Origin: Squalus acanthias
Lineage: Eukaryota
Length of the DNA stretch: 64,000 nt
Direction: 5' to 3'
Assembly: GCA_030390025.1 (NCBI GenBank)
Contig: CM059432.1
Coordinates: 31,002,001-31,066,000 of the forward strand
Positions 11,665 to 25,600 of the stretch are shown piece after piece; position 1 is the first letter of the stretch, and each line of letters begins with the position of its first letter. The translations under genes were made by a program, and so were the position numbers. The notes under the pieces are model-generated. The model was not told where the DNA came from and made no database searches. It saw only the letters and a program-made list of their open reading frames with translations.

Positions 11665-14600
11665 TTTTGAATTCATTCATGGGATGTAGGCATTGCTGGC
11701 AAGACCAGTATTTATTGCCCATCCCGAACTACCCTTGAGAAGGTGGTGGTGAGCCGCCTTCTTGAACTGCGGCAATCCGTGTGGTGAAGGTACTCCCACA
11801 GTGCTGTTAGGGAGGGTGTTCCAGCATCTTGACCCAGTGACAATGAAGGAACGGTGAAATATTTCCTAGTCAGGATAGTGTGTGACTTGGAGGGGAACTT
11901 GCAGGTGGTGGTGTTCCCATGCGCTTGCTACCCTTGTCCTTATAGGTGGTAGTGGGAGGTGCTGTCAAAGATGCCTTGGCGAGTTGCTGCAGTGCATTTT
12001 GTAGATGGTACACACTGCAGCCGCAGTACGCCAGTAGTGGAGGAAGTGAATGTTTAAGGTGGAGGATGCACTGCCAATCATGCGGGCTGCTTTGTCCTGG
12101 ATGGTTTTGAACTTCTTGAGTGTTGTTGTAGCTACGCTCATCCAGGCAAGTGGACCGTACATAAGAGCATAAGAAATATGAGCAGGAATAGGCCATTCGG
12201 CCCCTCGAGCCTGCTCCACCATTCTTTAAGATCATGGCTGATCTTCTACCTCAACTCCACTTTCCTGCACTATCTCCATATCCCTTGATTCCCATAATAT
12301 CCAAAAATTTATCGATCTCTATCTTGAATATACTCAATGACTGAGCCTCCACAACCCTCTGGGATAGAGAATTCCAAAGATTCACCACCCTCTGAGTGAA
12401 GAAATTTCTCCTCATCTCAGTCCTAAATGGCTGACCTGTTATTCTGAGACTGTGACCCCTGGTTCTAGACTCCCCAGCCAGGGGAAACATCTTCCCTGCG
12501 TCTACCCTGTCAAGCCCTTTCAGAATTTTGTCTGTTTCAATGAGATCACCTCCCATTCTTCTAAACTCTAGAGAATATAGGCCTAGTCTACTCAATCTCT
12601 CCTCATAGGACAATCCCCCCATCCCAGGAATCAGTCTGGTGAACCTTTGTTGCACTCCCTCTATGGCAAGTATATCCTTCCTTAGGTGAGGAGACCAAAA
12701 CTGTATACAATATTCCAGGTGTGGTCTCACCAGGGCCCTATATAATTGCAGTAAGACGTCTTTACTCTTATACTCAAATCCTCTTGTAATAAAGGCCAAC
12801 ATACCATTTGCTTTCTTAATTGCTTGCGGTACCTGCAAGTTAACTTTCAATGATTCGTGTACAAGGACACCCAGGTCCCTCTGAACACCAACATTTCCCA
12901 AAAATACTTTGCTTTTCTATTTTTCCTACCAAAGTGGATAACTTCATATTTCTCCACATAATATTCCATCTGCCATGTTCTTGCCCACTCACTTAGCCTG
13001 TCTATATCCCCTTGAAGCCTCTTTGCATCCTCCTCACAATTTACATTCCCACCCAGCTTTGTATCATCAGCAAACTTGGATATATTACATTTGGTCCCCT
13101 CATCCAAATCATTGATATAGATTGGGAATAGCTGAGGCCCAAGCACTGATCTTTGCGGTACCCCACTAGTTACAGCCTGCCAACTCGAAAATGACCCGTT
13201 TATTCCTACTCTCTGTTTTTTGTCCATTAACCAATCCTCAATCCATGCTAGTATATTAACCCCAATCCCATGAGCCCTAATTTTGTTTAATAACCTCTTG
13301 TGTGGCACCTTATTGAATGCCTTCTGAAAATTCAATTAAACCACATTCACTGGTTTCCCCTTATCTATTCTATTAGTTACAACCTCAAAAAACAGATTTG
13401 TCAAGCATGATTTCCCTTTCATAAATCCGTGTTGACTCTGCCCAATCCTATTATTATTTTCTAAGTGCCCTGTTACCACATCCTTAATAATAGATTCTAG
13501 CATTTTCCCTACTACTGATGTCAGACTAACTGATCTGTAGTTCCCCATTTTCTCTCCCCCTCCTTTCCTAAATAGTGGGGCTACATTTGGTGGAGTCACA
13601 AGGTGAGTCACTCGCTGCAGAATACCCAGCTCTGACCTGCTCTTGTAGCCACAGTATTTATGTGGCTGGTCCAGTTAAGTATCTGGTCATTGGTGACCCC
13701 CAGGATGTTGATGGTGGGAGATTCGGTGATGAGAATGCTGTTTAATGTCAAGGGGTGGTGGTTAGACTCTGTCTTGTTAGAGATGGTCATTGCCTGGCAC
13801 TTGTGTGGCGCGAATGTTACTTGCCGCTTATCAGCCCAAGCCTGAATGTTGTCCAGGTCCTGCTGCATACAGGCGCGGACTGCTTCATTATCTGAGGAGT
13901 TGTGACTGGAACTGAACACTGTGCAATCATCAGCGAACATCCCCACTTCTGACCTTATGATGGAAGGAAGATCATTGATGAAGCAGCTGAAGATGGTTGG
14001 GCTTAGAACTACCCTGAGGAACTCCTACAGTAATGTTCTGGGGCTGAAATTATTGGTCTCCAACAACCACAAAAATCTTCCTTTGTGCTCAGTCTGACTC
14101 CAGCCAGTGGAGAGTTTTCCTCCTGATTCCCATTGACTTCAATTTTACTAGGGTTCCTTGATGCCACACTCGGTCAAATGCTGCCTTGATGTCAAGGGCA
14201 GTCACTCTCACCTCACCTCCAGAATTCAGCTCTTTTGTCCATGTTTGGACCAAGGCTGTAATGAGGTCTGGAGCCAAGTGGTCTTGGTGGAACCCAAACT
14301 GGGCATTGGTGAGCAGATGAGTATGTGCTGCTTAATAGCACAGTTGATGACACCTTGCATCACTTTGCTGATGATTGAAAGTAGACTGATGGGGTGGTAA
14401 TTGGCTGGATTGGATTTGTCCTGCTCTTTGTGGATAGGACATGCCTGGGCAATTTTCCACTTTGTCGGGTAGATGCCAGTGTTGTAGCTGTAATGGAACA
14501 GCTTGGCTAGATGTACGGCTAGTTCTGGAGAAAAGTCTTCAGCACTATAGCCATGATGTTGTCGGGGTCCATAGTCTTTGCTTCATCCAGTGCGCTCAGC

Positions 14601-14795
14601 CGTTTCTTAATATCACGTAGAGTCATTCAAATTGGCTGAAGACTGGCTTCTGTGATGGTGGTGACCTCGGGGAGGCTGAGATGGATCATCCATTCGGCAC
14701 TTCTGGATGAAGATGGTTGCAAACACTTCAGCCTTGTCTTTTGCACTCACTTGCTGAGCTCCGCCATCATTGAGGATGGGGATGTTCATGGAGCC
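11665..14795 (-). mobile_element. Non-LTR retrotransposon of the CR1/L2 group (family 'B' here), interrupted by a CR1 copy
   Basis: RT motifs ALDIKAAFDRVWH, MFADDCT, ILGVT, TIQDKAARMIG. The 3' UTR and tail are shared with copies at 27335, 50400, 56015, 60003 and 63390. Confidence 0.88.
12160..13590 (-). mobile_element. CR1 (HER1-like) LINE, 5'-truncated, nested
   Basis: GNYRSVSLTSVVGK, SGVPQ.SVLGP, KFADDTKLGG, LYRALVRPHLEYC, RRNFFTQRVVNLWNSL, plus CR1 3' tail. Confidence 0.92.
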
Positions 14796-14861
14796 TTTAT
14801 TCATTATTATTTATTATTTATTAGTTGCGAGCTCTAAGTGTGCAGTTCCTTTGTCCTGTGA

Positions 14862-15630
14862 TTCATAAGAATGTAGGACCAGGAGTAGTCTATTCAGCTC
14901 CTCGAGACTGCTCCACCATTCAGTTGGATCATGGCTGATCTATACCTCAAGTCCATTTATCCGCCTTTGCTCCATATCTCTTGATACCCTTACCTAACAA
15001 AACGCTGTCTCAGTCTTGAAAGCTCCAATTGTCACAGAACCCACAGCAAGGGGTAGAGAGTTCCAAATTTCTATTACCCTTTGGGTGAAAAATTGCTTCC
15101 TGATTTCGCTCTTGAATGGACGAGCTCTAATTTTAAGTTTTTTATCCCTTTGTTCTTGATTCCCCCACCAGAGGAAACAGTTGCCTGGATGAGTGCAGTA
15201 CAATGTTGCCTCTTATTTTTTGGGGTGCGTGACCCCTTTAAGGGGCTGCGTGGCCCACTCACAGATGTGCGGAACTTAACATTGAAAAAGCCGGTCCCGC
15301 GCAACTGATAGGGAACTTTGGTGCAGTGTCCACCCTATTAAATCTTTTTAACATTTTGAACACCTCGATCAGTTCACCCCTCAATCTTTTATTCTCAAGA
15401 GAATACAACAAGCGAAGGTTATGCAACCTGTCCTCATAATTTAACCCCTAAACCCTGGTGTCATTCTGGTGATTCTGCACTGCACCACTTCCAAGGCCAA
15501 TATTTCCTTCCAGAGGTGCGGTGCTCAAAACTGAACGCAGTACTCCAGATGGGGTCTGACCAAGGCGCTATACAATTGCAGCGTAACTTCCTCCAGTTTG
15601 TATTCCAGCCCCCTTCAGATAAAGGCCGCC
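14862..15630 (-). mobile_element. Diverged CR1 3' fragment
   Basis: KLKIRARPFKSEIRKQFFTQRVIEIWNSLP and CR1 3' UTR. Confidence 0.75.
15201..15320. mobile_element. 120-bp hAT-like MITE
   Basis: Imperfect TIR caatgttgcctct / atagggaactttg and near-identical 8-bp flanks gtgcagta / gtgcagtg. Confidence 0.7.
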
Positions 15631-16459
15631 AAAGCAAACATATCAGTGCAATGAAGATGCAGGGCTACGGGACGAAGGCAGGACAGTGGGAATAGTTTTG
15701 GACTGCTGCAGCAAAAAACATGATGGGACAAATGGCCTCCTTCTGCTCTGTAAAATTCTGTGCTTCCATGACCGATCACATAAGCAAGAGTTCACAATCT
15801 GAGTAAAGAAACAGAAACATTTATTTAAAAGAAAGATCCATGTTGTTTCTGATATCTGTTACTGTTTGTCTGGCGGTTTTAAATGGACTTCATTTTCTTT
15901 GTTGAAAGTTTCTGAATCAGTGATTTATTAGAAGTCTTGTGTATACCGTACACTTCCTGTAAATGTCGCACTCACTACCTGTCATACTTTGTCATCACGT
16001 TTTCGCCGTCACACTTTGTTGATAACCTCCCTGTTATTATAAAACCACCCTATCCTGTGACTCACCACAAGCAACACCACAGGAGGTCAGCTAGTATTAT
16101 AATAAATCGATTAGTTGTTGCAAGTTTAATTTGTTAATTTGTTGAGTTTTTGTTTACCACTTTCCAGTGACCTTTCAATTTTGAAATTGATCTGTTTAAA
16201 TTTCAATTATTCAGTTAATAATAATGAATAATTTAATTCTAAACAGCATTTCCTGGCTTCATTGGAAATCCATATTATACACAGCTTTTCATGTGCTCCG
16301 GGGGATTTTAGGGGGGAAAAAAGCTAGTGCTGATTTAAAAGGCTCTTTCCTGTAAATTGACTTTCTCGAATTCTTTTTACATCGAAAAGACATTTTAAAA
16401 ATTGTGTTTTTCAACTTTGTCCATATATATGGACAAAGTAGAAAACACAATTTTATATA

Positions 16460-16493
<34 letters not shown>

Positions 16494-16609
16494 CTGTACT
16501 GAAGCAAAGATCGGTGCATGCAATTATAATTAACCTTAGGAAATGGATCAGTCATTAAACCGACACGGAGACATCTTCCAGATTTCATATTTTGTGGCTC
16601 AAATCTGAT

Positions 16610-19600
16610 TAGTGACCCTGCTCTCATAATCTATCCAGCGACCTCTGCTCCCAATAACTATCCAATGACCCCTGCTCCCAATAACTATCCAGTGACCCCT
16701 GCTCCATCTCCATCCAATGACCGCTGCTCCTGATCTCCATCCAATGACCCCTGCTCCCGATCTCTATCCAATGATCTCTGCTCCATCTCCATCTAATAAC
16801 CCCATCTCCCGATCTCTATCCAGTGACCTCTGCTCCATCTCCATCTAATGACATCTGCTCCCGATCTCTATCCAATAACCCCTGCTCCCGAACTCTATCC
16901 AATGACCCTGCTCCCGATAACTATCCAGTGTCCTCTGCTCCATCTCCATCCAATGACCCCTGCTCCCGATCTCCTTCCAATAACCTCTGCTCCCAAAAAC
17001 TATCCAGTGACCTCTGCTCCATCTCTATCCAATGACCCCTGCTCCCAATAACTGTCCAATGACACCTGCTCGCAATAACTGTCCAATGACACCTGCTCGC
17101 AATAACTGTCCAATGACCCCTGCTCCCCATCTCTATCCAGTGTCCTCTGCTCCATCTCCATCCAATGACCCCTGCTCCCAATAACTGTCCAATGACACCT
17201 GCTCGCAATAACTGTCCAATGACACCTGCTCGCAATAACTATCCAATGACCCCTGCTCCCCATCTCTATCCAGTGTCCTCTGCTCCATCTCCATCCAATG
17301 ACCCCTGCTCCCAATAACTGTCCAATGACACCTGCTCACAATAACTGTCCAATGACACCTGCTCGCAATAACTATCCAATGACCCCTGCTCCCCATCTCT
17401 ATCCAGTGTCCTCTGCTCCATCTCCATCCAATGACCCCTGCTCCCGATCTCCTTCCAATAACCTCTGCTCCCAAAAACTATCCAGTGACCTCTGCTCCAT
17501 CTCCATCCAATGTCCCCTGCTCCGATCTCTATCCAGTGACCCTGCTCCCAATAAATATCCAGTCACCTCTGCTCCATCTCCATCCAATGACCCCTGCTCC
17601 CGATCTCTATCCAATGACCCCTGCTCCCGATCTATATCCAATGACCTCTGCTCCATCTCCATCCAATGACCCCTGCTCCCGATCTCTATCCAATGACCCC
17701 TGCTCCTAATAACTATCCAGTGACCCCTGCTCCCAATAACTATCCAGTGACCCCTGCTCCCAATAACTATCCAGTGACCTCTGCTCCATCTCCATCCAAT
17801 GACCCCCGCTCCCGATCTCTATCCAATGACCCCTGCTCCTAATAACTATCCAGTGACCTCTGCTCCCGATCTCTATCCAGTGACCCCTGCTCCCGATCTC
17901 TATCCAGTGACCTCTGCTCCCGATCTCTATCCAATGACCCCTGCTCCCAATAACTATCCAGTGACCCCTGCTCCGAATAACGATCCAGTGACCTCTGCTC
18001 CATCTCCATCCAATGACCCCTGCTCCCAATAACTATCCAGTGACCTCTGCTCCATCTCCATCCAATGACCCCTGCTCCCGATCTCTATCCAATGACCCCT
18101 GCTCCTAATAACTATCCAGTGACCCCTGCTCCGAATAACGATCCAGTGACCTCTGCTCCATCTCCATCCAATGACCCCTGCTCCCAATAACTATCCAGTG
18201 ACCTCTGCTCCATCTCCATCCAATGACCCCTGCTCCCGATCTCTATCCAATGACCCCTGCTCCTAATAACTATCCAGTGACCCCTGCTCCGAATAACGAT
18301 CCAGTGACCTCTGCTCCATCTCCATCCAATGACCCCTGCTCCCAATAACGATCCAGTGACCTCTGCTCCATCTCCATCCAATGACCCCTGCTCCCAATAA
18401 CTAACCAGTGACCCCTGCTCCCAATAACTATCCAATGACCCCTGCTCCCCATCTCTATCTAGTGACCTCTGCTTCATCTCCATCCAATGACCCCTGCTCC
18501 TGATCTCTATCCAGTGACCTCTGCTCCCGATCTCTATCCAATGACCCCTGCTCCCAATAACTATCCAGTGACCCCTGCTCCATCTCCATCCAATGACCCC
18601 TGCTCCCAATAACGATCCAGTGACCTGTGCTCCCGATCTCCATCCAATGACCCCTGCTCCCAATAACTATCCAGTGACCCCTGCTCCCAATAACAATCCA
18701 GTGACCTCTGCTCCATCTCTATCCAATGACCCCTGCTCCCAATAACTGTCCAATGACACCTGCTCGCAATAACTATCCAATGACCCCTGCTCCCCATCTC
18801 TATCTAGTGACCTCTGCTTCATCTCCATCCAATGACCCCTGCTCCTGATCTCTATCCAGTGACCTCTGCTCCCGATCTCTATCCAATGACCCCTGCTCCC
18901 AATAACTATCCGAGGACCCCTGCTCCCGATCTCTATCCAATGACCCCTGCTCCCGATCTCTATCCAATGACCCCTGCTCCCGATCTCTATCCAGTGACCT
19001 CTGCTCCCGATCTCCATCTAATGACCCCTGCTCCCAATTTCTATCCAATGACCCCTGCTCCCGATTGCTATCAAATGACCCCTGCTCCCGATCTCCATCC
19101 AATGACCTCTGCTCCCGATCTCTATCCAGTGACCTCTGCTCCCAATAACAATCCGGTGACCCCTGCTCCCGACCTCTATCCAATGACCCCTGCTCCCGAT
19201 CTCCATCCAATGACCTCTGTTCCCGATCTCTATCCAGTGACCTCTGCTCCCAATCTCCATCCAAAGACATCTGCTCCCAATCTCTATCCAATGACCCTGC
19301 TCCCAATAACTATCCAGTGACCTCTGCTCCATCTCCATCCAATGACCTCTGCTCCCAATAACTATCCAGTGACCTGTGCTCCTGATCTCTATCCAATGAC
19401 CCCTGCTCCTGATCTCTATCCAATGACCTCTGCTCCCGATCTCTATCCAATGACCCCTGCTCCCGATCTCTATCCAATGACCGCTGCTCCCCATCTCTAT
19501 TCAGTGACCTCTGCTCCCAATAACGATCCAATGACCCCTGCTCCCAATCTCTATCCAATGACCCCTGCTCCCAATAACGATCCAATGACCCCTGCTCCCA

Positions 19601-22600
19601 ATAACTATCCAGTGACCTCTCCTCCCGATCGCTATCCAATGACCCCTGCTACCGATCTCTATCCAATGACCTCTGCTCCCAATAACTATCCAGTGACCCC
19701 TGCTCCCGATCTCTATCTAATGAATCCTGCTACTGATCTCTGTCCAATGACCCCTGCTCCCGATCTCTATCCAGTGACCTCTGCTCCCGATCGCTATCAA
19801 ATGACCCCTGCTCCCGATCTCCATCCAATGACCTCTGCTCCCGATCTCTATCCAGTGACCCCAGCTCTCGATCTCTATCCAATGACCCCTGCTCCCAATA
19901 ACTATCCAATGACCCCTGCTCCAAATCTCTATCCAGTGACCCCTGCCCCCGATCTCCATCCAATGACCCCTGCTCCTGATCTCCATCCAATGACCTCTGC
20001 TCCCGATCTCTATCCAGTGACCCCTGCTCCAAATCTCTATCCAATGACCCCTGCTCCCAATAACTATCCAATGACCCCTGCTGCCGATCTATATCCAGTG
20101 ACCTCTGCTCCCGATCTCTATCCAATGACCCCTGCTCCTGATCTCCATCCAATGACCTCTGCTCCCGATCTCTATCCAGTGACCTCTGCTCCAGATCTCT
20201 ATCCAATGACCCCTGCTCCCGATCTCTATCTAATGACCCCTGCTCCCGATCTCTATCCAATGACCCCTGCTCCCGATCTCGATTTAATGACCTCTGCTCC
20301 CGATATCTATCCAATGACCTCTGCTCCCGATCTCTATCCAATGACCTCTGCTCCCTATCTCTATCCAATGACCTCTGCTCCCGATCTCTATCCAATGACC
20401 TCTGCTCCCGATCTCTATCCAGTGACCTCTGCTCCCGATCTCTATCCAATGACCCCTGCTCCCGATCTCTATCTAATGACCCCTGCTCCCGATCTCTATC
20501 CAATGACCCCTGCTCCCGATCTCTATCCAATGACCTCTGCTCCAGATCTCTATCCAATGACCCCTGCTCCCGATCTCTATCTAATGACCCCTGCTCCTGA
20601 TCTCTATCTAATGACCTCTGCTCCCGATATCTATCCAATGACCCCTGCTCCCGATATCTATCTAATGACCTCTGCTCCCGATCTCTATCCAATGACCTCT
20701 GCACCCGATCTCTATCCAATGACCTCTGCTCCTGATCTCTATCCAGTGACCTCTGCTCCTGATCTCTAGCCAGTGACGCCTGCTCCCAATAACTATCAAT
20801 GACCCCTGCTCCCGATCTATATCCAGTGACCTCTGCTCCCGATCTCCATCCAATGACCCCTGCTCCTGATCTCCATCCAATGACCTCTGCTCCCGATCTC
20901 TATCCAGTGACCTCTGCTCCAGATCTCTATCCAATGACCCCTGCTCCCGATCTCTATCCAGTGACCTCTGCTCCCGATCGCTATCAAATGACCCCTGCTC
21001 CCGATCTCCATCCAATGACCTCTGCTCCCGATCTCTATCCAGTGACCCCAGCTCCCGATCTCTATCCAATGACCCTTGCTCCCAATAACTATCCAATGAC
21101 CCCTGCTCCAAATCTCTATCCAGTGACCCCTGCCCCCGATCTCCATCCAATGACCCCTGCTCCTGATCTCCATCCAATGACCTCTGCTCCCGATCTCTAT
21201 CCAGTGACCCCTGCTCCAAATCTCTATCCAATGACCCCTGCTCCCAATAACTATCCAATGACCCCTGCTCCCGATCTATATCCAGTGACCTCTGCTCCCG
21301 ATCTCTATCCAATGACCCCTGCTCCTGATCTCCATCCAATGACCTCTGCTCCCGATCTCTATCCAGTGACCTCTGCTCCAGATCTCTATCCAATGACCCC
21401 TGCTCCCGATCTCTATCTAATGACCTCTGCTCCCGATATCTATCCAATGACCCCTGCTCCCGATATCTATCTAATGACCTCTGCTCCCGATCTCTATCCA
21501 ATGACCTCTGCTCACGATCTCTATCCAATGACCTCTGCTCCCGATCTCTATCCAGTGACCTCTGCTACTGATCTCTATCCAGTGACGCCTGCTCCCAATA
21601 ACCATCCAGTGACCCCTGCTCCCGATCTCTATCCAGTGACCTCTGCTCCATCTCCATCCAATAACCTCTGCTCCCGATTTCTATCCAGTGACCTCTGCTC
21701 CCAATCTCTATCCAATGACCTCTGCTACCGATCTCTATCCAATGACCCCTGCTCCCAATCTCTATCCAATTACCTCTGCTGCCGATCTCTATCCAGTGAC
21801 CTCTGCTCCTGATCTCCATCCAAGGACCTCTGCTCCCGATCTCTATCCAGTGACCTCTGCTCCATCTCGATCCAATGACCCCTGCGCCCAATAACTATCC
21901 AATGACCCCTGCTCCTGATCTCTATCCAATGAACCCTGCTCCAGATCTCTATCCAGTGACGTCTGTTCCCGATCTCCATCTAATGACCCCTGCTCCAATA
22001 ATGATCCAATGACCCCTGCTCCCGATCTCCATCTAATGACCCCTGCTCCTGATCTCTATCCAGTGACCTCTGCTCCCGATCTCTATCCAATGACCCCTGC
22101 TCCCAATAACTATCCAATGACCCCTGCTCCCGATCTCTATCCAATGACCCCTGCTCCCGATCTCTATCCAATGACCCCTGCTCCCGATCTCTATCCAGTG
22201 ACCTCTGCTCCCGATCTCCATCTAATGACCCCTGCTCCCAATTTCTATCCAATGACCCCTGCTCCCGATTGCTATCAAATGACCCCTGCTCCCGATCTCT
22301 ATCCAGTGACCTCTGCTCCCAATAACTATCCAGTGACCCCTGCTCCCGACCTCTATCCAATGACCCCTGCTCCCGATCTCCATCCAATGACCTCTGCTCC
22401 CGATCTCTATCCAGTGACCTCTGCTCCCGATCTCCATCCAAAGACCTCTGCTCCCAATCTCCATCCAATGACCCTGCTCCCAATAACTATCCAGTGACCT
22501 CTGCTCCATCTCCATCCAATGACCTCTGCTCCCAATAACTATCCAGTGACCTGTGCTCCTGATCTCTATCCAATGACCCCTGCTCCCGATCTCTATCCAA

Positions 22601-25600
22601 TGACCTCTGCTCCCGATCTCTATCCAATGACCCCTGCTCCCGATCTCTATCCAATGACCCCTGCTCCCCATCTCTATTCAGTGACCTCTGCTCCCAATAA
22701 CGATCCAATGACCTCTGCTCCCATTCTCTATCCAATGACCCCTGCTCCCAATAACGATCCAATGACCCCTGCTCCCAATAACTATCCAGTGACCTCTCCT
22801 CCCGATCGCTATCCAATGACCCCTGCTCCCGATCTCTATCCAATGACCTCTGCTCCCAATAACTATCCAGTGACCCCTGCTCCCGATCTCTATCTAATGA
22901 ACCCTGCTCCTGATCTCTGTCCAATGACCCCTGCTCCCGATCTCTATCCAGTGACCTCTGCTCCCGATCGCTATCAAATGACCCCTGCTCCCGATCTCCA
23001 TCCAATGACCTCTGCTCCCGATCTCTATCCAGTGACCCCAGCTCCCGATCTCTATCCAATGACCCCTGCTCCCAATAACTATCCAATGACCCCTGCTCCA
23101 AATCTCTATCCAGTGACCCCTGCCCCCGATCTATATCCAATGACCCCTGCTCCTGATCTCCATCCAATGACCTCTGCTCCCGATCTCTATCCAGTGACCT
23201 CTGCTCCTGATCTCTATCCAGTGACGCCTGCTCCCAATAACTATCCAGTGACCCCTGCTCCCGATCTCTATCCAGTGACCTCTGCTCCATCTCCATCCAA
23301 TAACCTCTGCTCCCGATCTCTATCCAGTGACCTCTGCTCCCAATCTCTATCCAATGACCTCTGCTCCCGATCTCTATCCAATGACCCCTGCTCCCAATCT
23401 CTATCCAATTACCTCTGCTGCCGATCTCTATCCAGTGACCTCTGCTCCTGATCTCCATCCAAGGACCTCTGCTCCCGATCTCTATCCAGTGACCTCTGCT
23501 CCATCTCGATCCAATGACCCCTGCGCCCAATAACTATCCAATGACCCCTGCTCCTGATCTCTATCCAATGACCCCTGCTCCCGATCTCTATCCAATGAAC
23601 CCTGCTACAGATCTCTATCCAGTGACGTCTGCTCCCGATCTCCATCTAATGACCCCTGCTCCTGATCTCTATCCAGTTACCTCTGCTCCCGATCTCTATC
23701 AAATGACCCCTGCTCCCGATCTCCGTCCAATGACCTCTGCTCCTGATCTCTATCCAGTGACGCCTGCTCCCAATAACTATCCAGTGACCCCTGCTCCCGA
23801 TCTCTATCCAGTGACCTCTGCTCCTGATCTCCATCCAAGGACCTCTGCTCCCGATCTCTATCCAGTGACCCCTGCTCCAAATCTCTATCCAATGACCCCT
23901 GCTCCCAATAACTATCCAATGACCCCTGCTCCCGATCTATATCCAGTGACCTCTGCTCCCGATCTCTATCCAATGACCCCTGCTCCTGATCTCCATCCAA
24001 TGACCTCTGCTCCCGATCTCTATCCAGTGACCTCTGCTCCAGATCTCTATCCAATGACCCCTGCTCCCGATCTCTATCCAGTGACCTCTGCTCCCGATCG
24101 CTATCAAATGACCCCTGCTCCCGATCTCCATCCAATGACCTCTGCTCCCGATCTCTATCCAGTGACCCCAGCTCCCGATCTCTATCCAATGACCCCTGCT
24201 CCCAATAACTATCCAATGACCCCTGCTCCCGATCTATATCCAGTGACCTCTGCTCCCGATCTCTATCCAATGATCCCTGCTCCTGATCTCCATCCAATGA
24301 CCTCTGCTCCCGATCTCTATCCAGTGACCTCTGCTCCAGATCTCTATCCAATGACCCCTGCTCCCGATCTCTATCCAGTGACCTCTGCTCCCGATCGCTA
24401 TCAAATGACCCCTGCTCCCGATCTCCATCCAATGACCTCTGCTCCCGATCTCTATCCAGTGACCCCAGCTCCCGATCTCTATCCAATGACCCCTGCTCCC
24501 AATAACTATCCAATGACCCCTGCTCCAAATCTCTATCCAGTGACCCCTGCCCCCGATCTCCATCCAATGACCCATGCTCCTGATCTCCATCCAATGACCT
24601 CTGCTCCCGATCTCTATCCAGTGACCCCTGCTCCAAATCTCTATCCAATGACCCCTGCTCCCAATAACTATCCAATGACCCCTGCTCCCGATCTATATCC
24701 AGTGACCTCTGCTCCCGATCTCTATACAATGATCCCTGCTCCTGATCTCCATCCAATGACCTCTGCTCCCGATCTCTATCCAGTGACCTCTGCTCCAGAT
24801 CTCTATCCAATGACCCCTGCTCCCGATCTCTATCTAATGACCCCTGCTCCCGATCTCTATCCAATGACCCCTGCTCCCGATCTCTATCTAATGACCTCTG
24901 CTCCCGATATCTATCCAATGACCCCTGCTCCCGATATCTATCTAATGACCTCTGCTCCCGATCTCTATCCAATGACCTCTGCTCCCGATCTCTATCCAGT
25001 GACCCCTGCTCCAAATCTCTATCCAATGACCCCTGCTCCCAATAACTATCCAATGACCCCTGCTCCCGATCTATATCCAGTGACCTCTGCTCCCGATCTC
25101 TATCCAATGACCCCTGCTCCTGATCTCCATCCAATGACCTCTGCTCCCGATCTCTATCCAGTGACCTCTGCTCCAGATCTCTATCCAATGACCCCTGCTC
25201 CCGATCTCTATCTAATGACCCCTGCTCCCGATCTCTATCCAATGACCCCTGCTCCCGATCTCTATCTAATGACCTCTGCTCCCGATATCTATCCAATGAC
25301 CCCTGCTCCCGATATCTATCTAATGACCTCTGCTCCCGATCTCTATCCAATGACCTCTGCTCCCGATCTCTATCCAATGACCTCTGCTCCCGATCTCTAT
25401 CCAGTGACCTCTGCTCCTGATCTCTATCCAGTGACGCCTGCTCCCAATAACTATCCAGTGACCCCTGCTCCCGATCTCTATCCAGTGACCTCTGCTCCAT
25501 CTCCATCCAATAACCTCTGCTCCCGATCTTTATCCAATTACCTCTGCTCCCGATCTCTATCCAGTGACCTCTGCTCCATCTCCATCCAATGACCTCTGCT

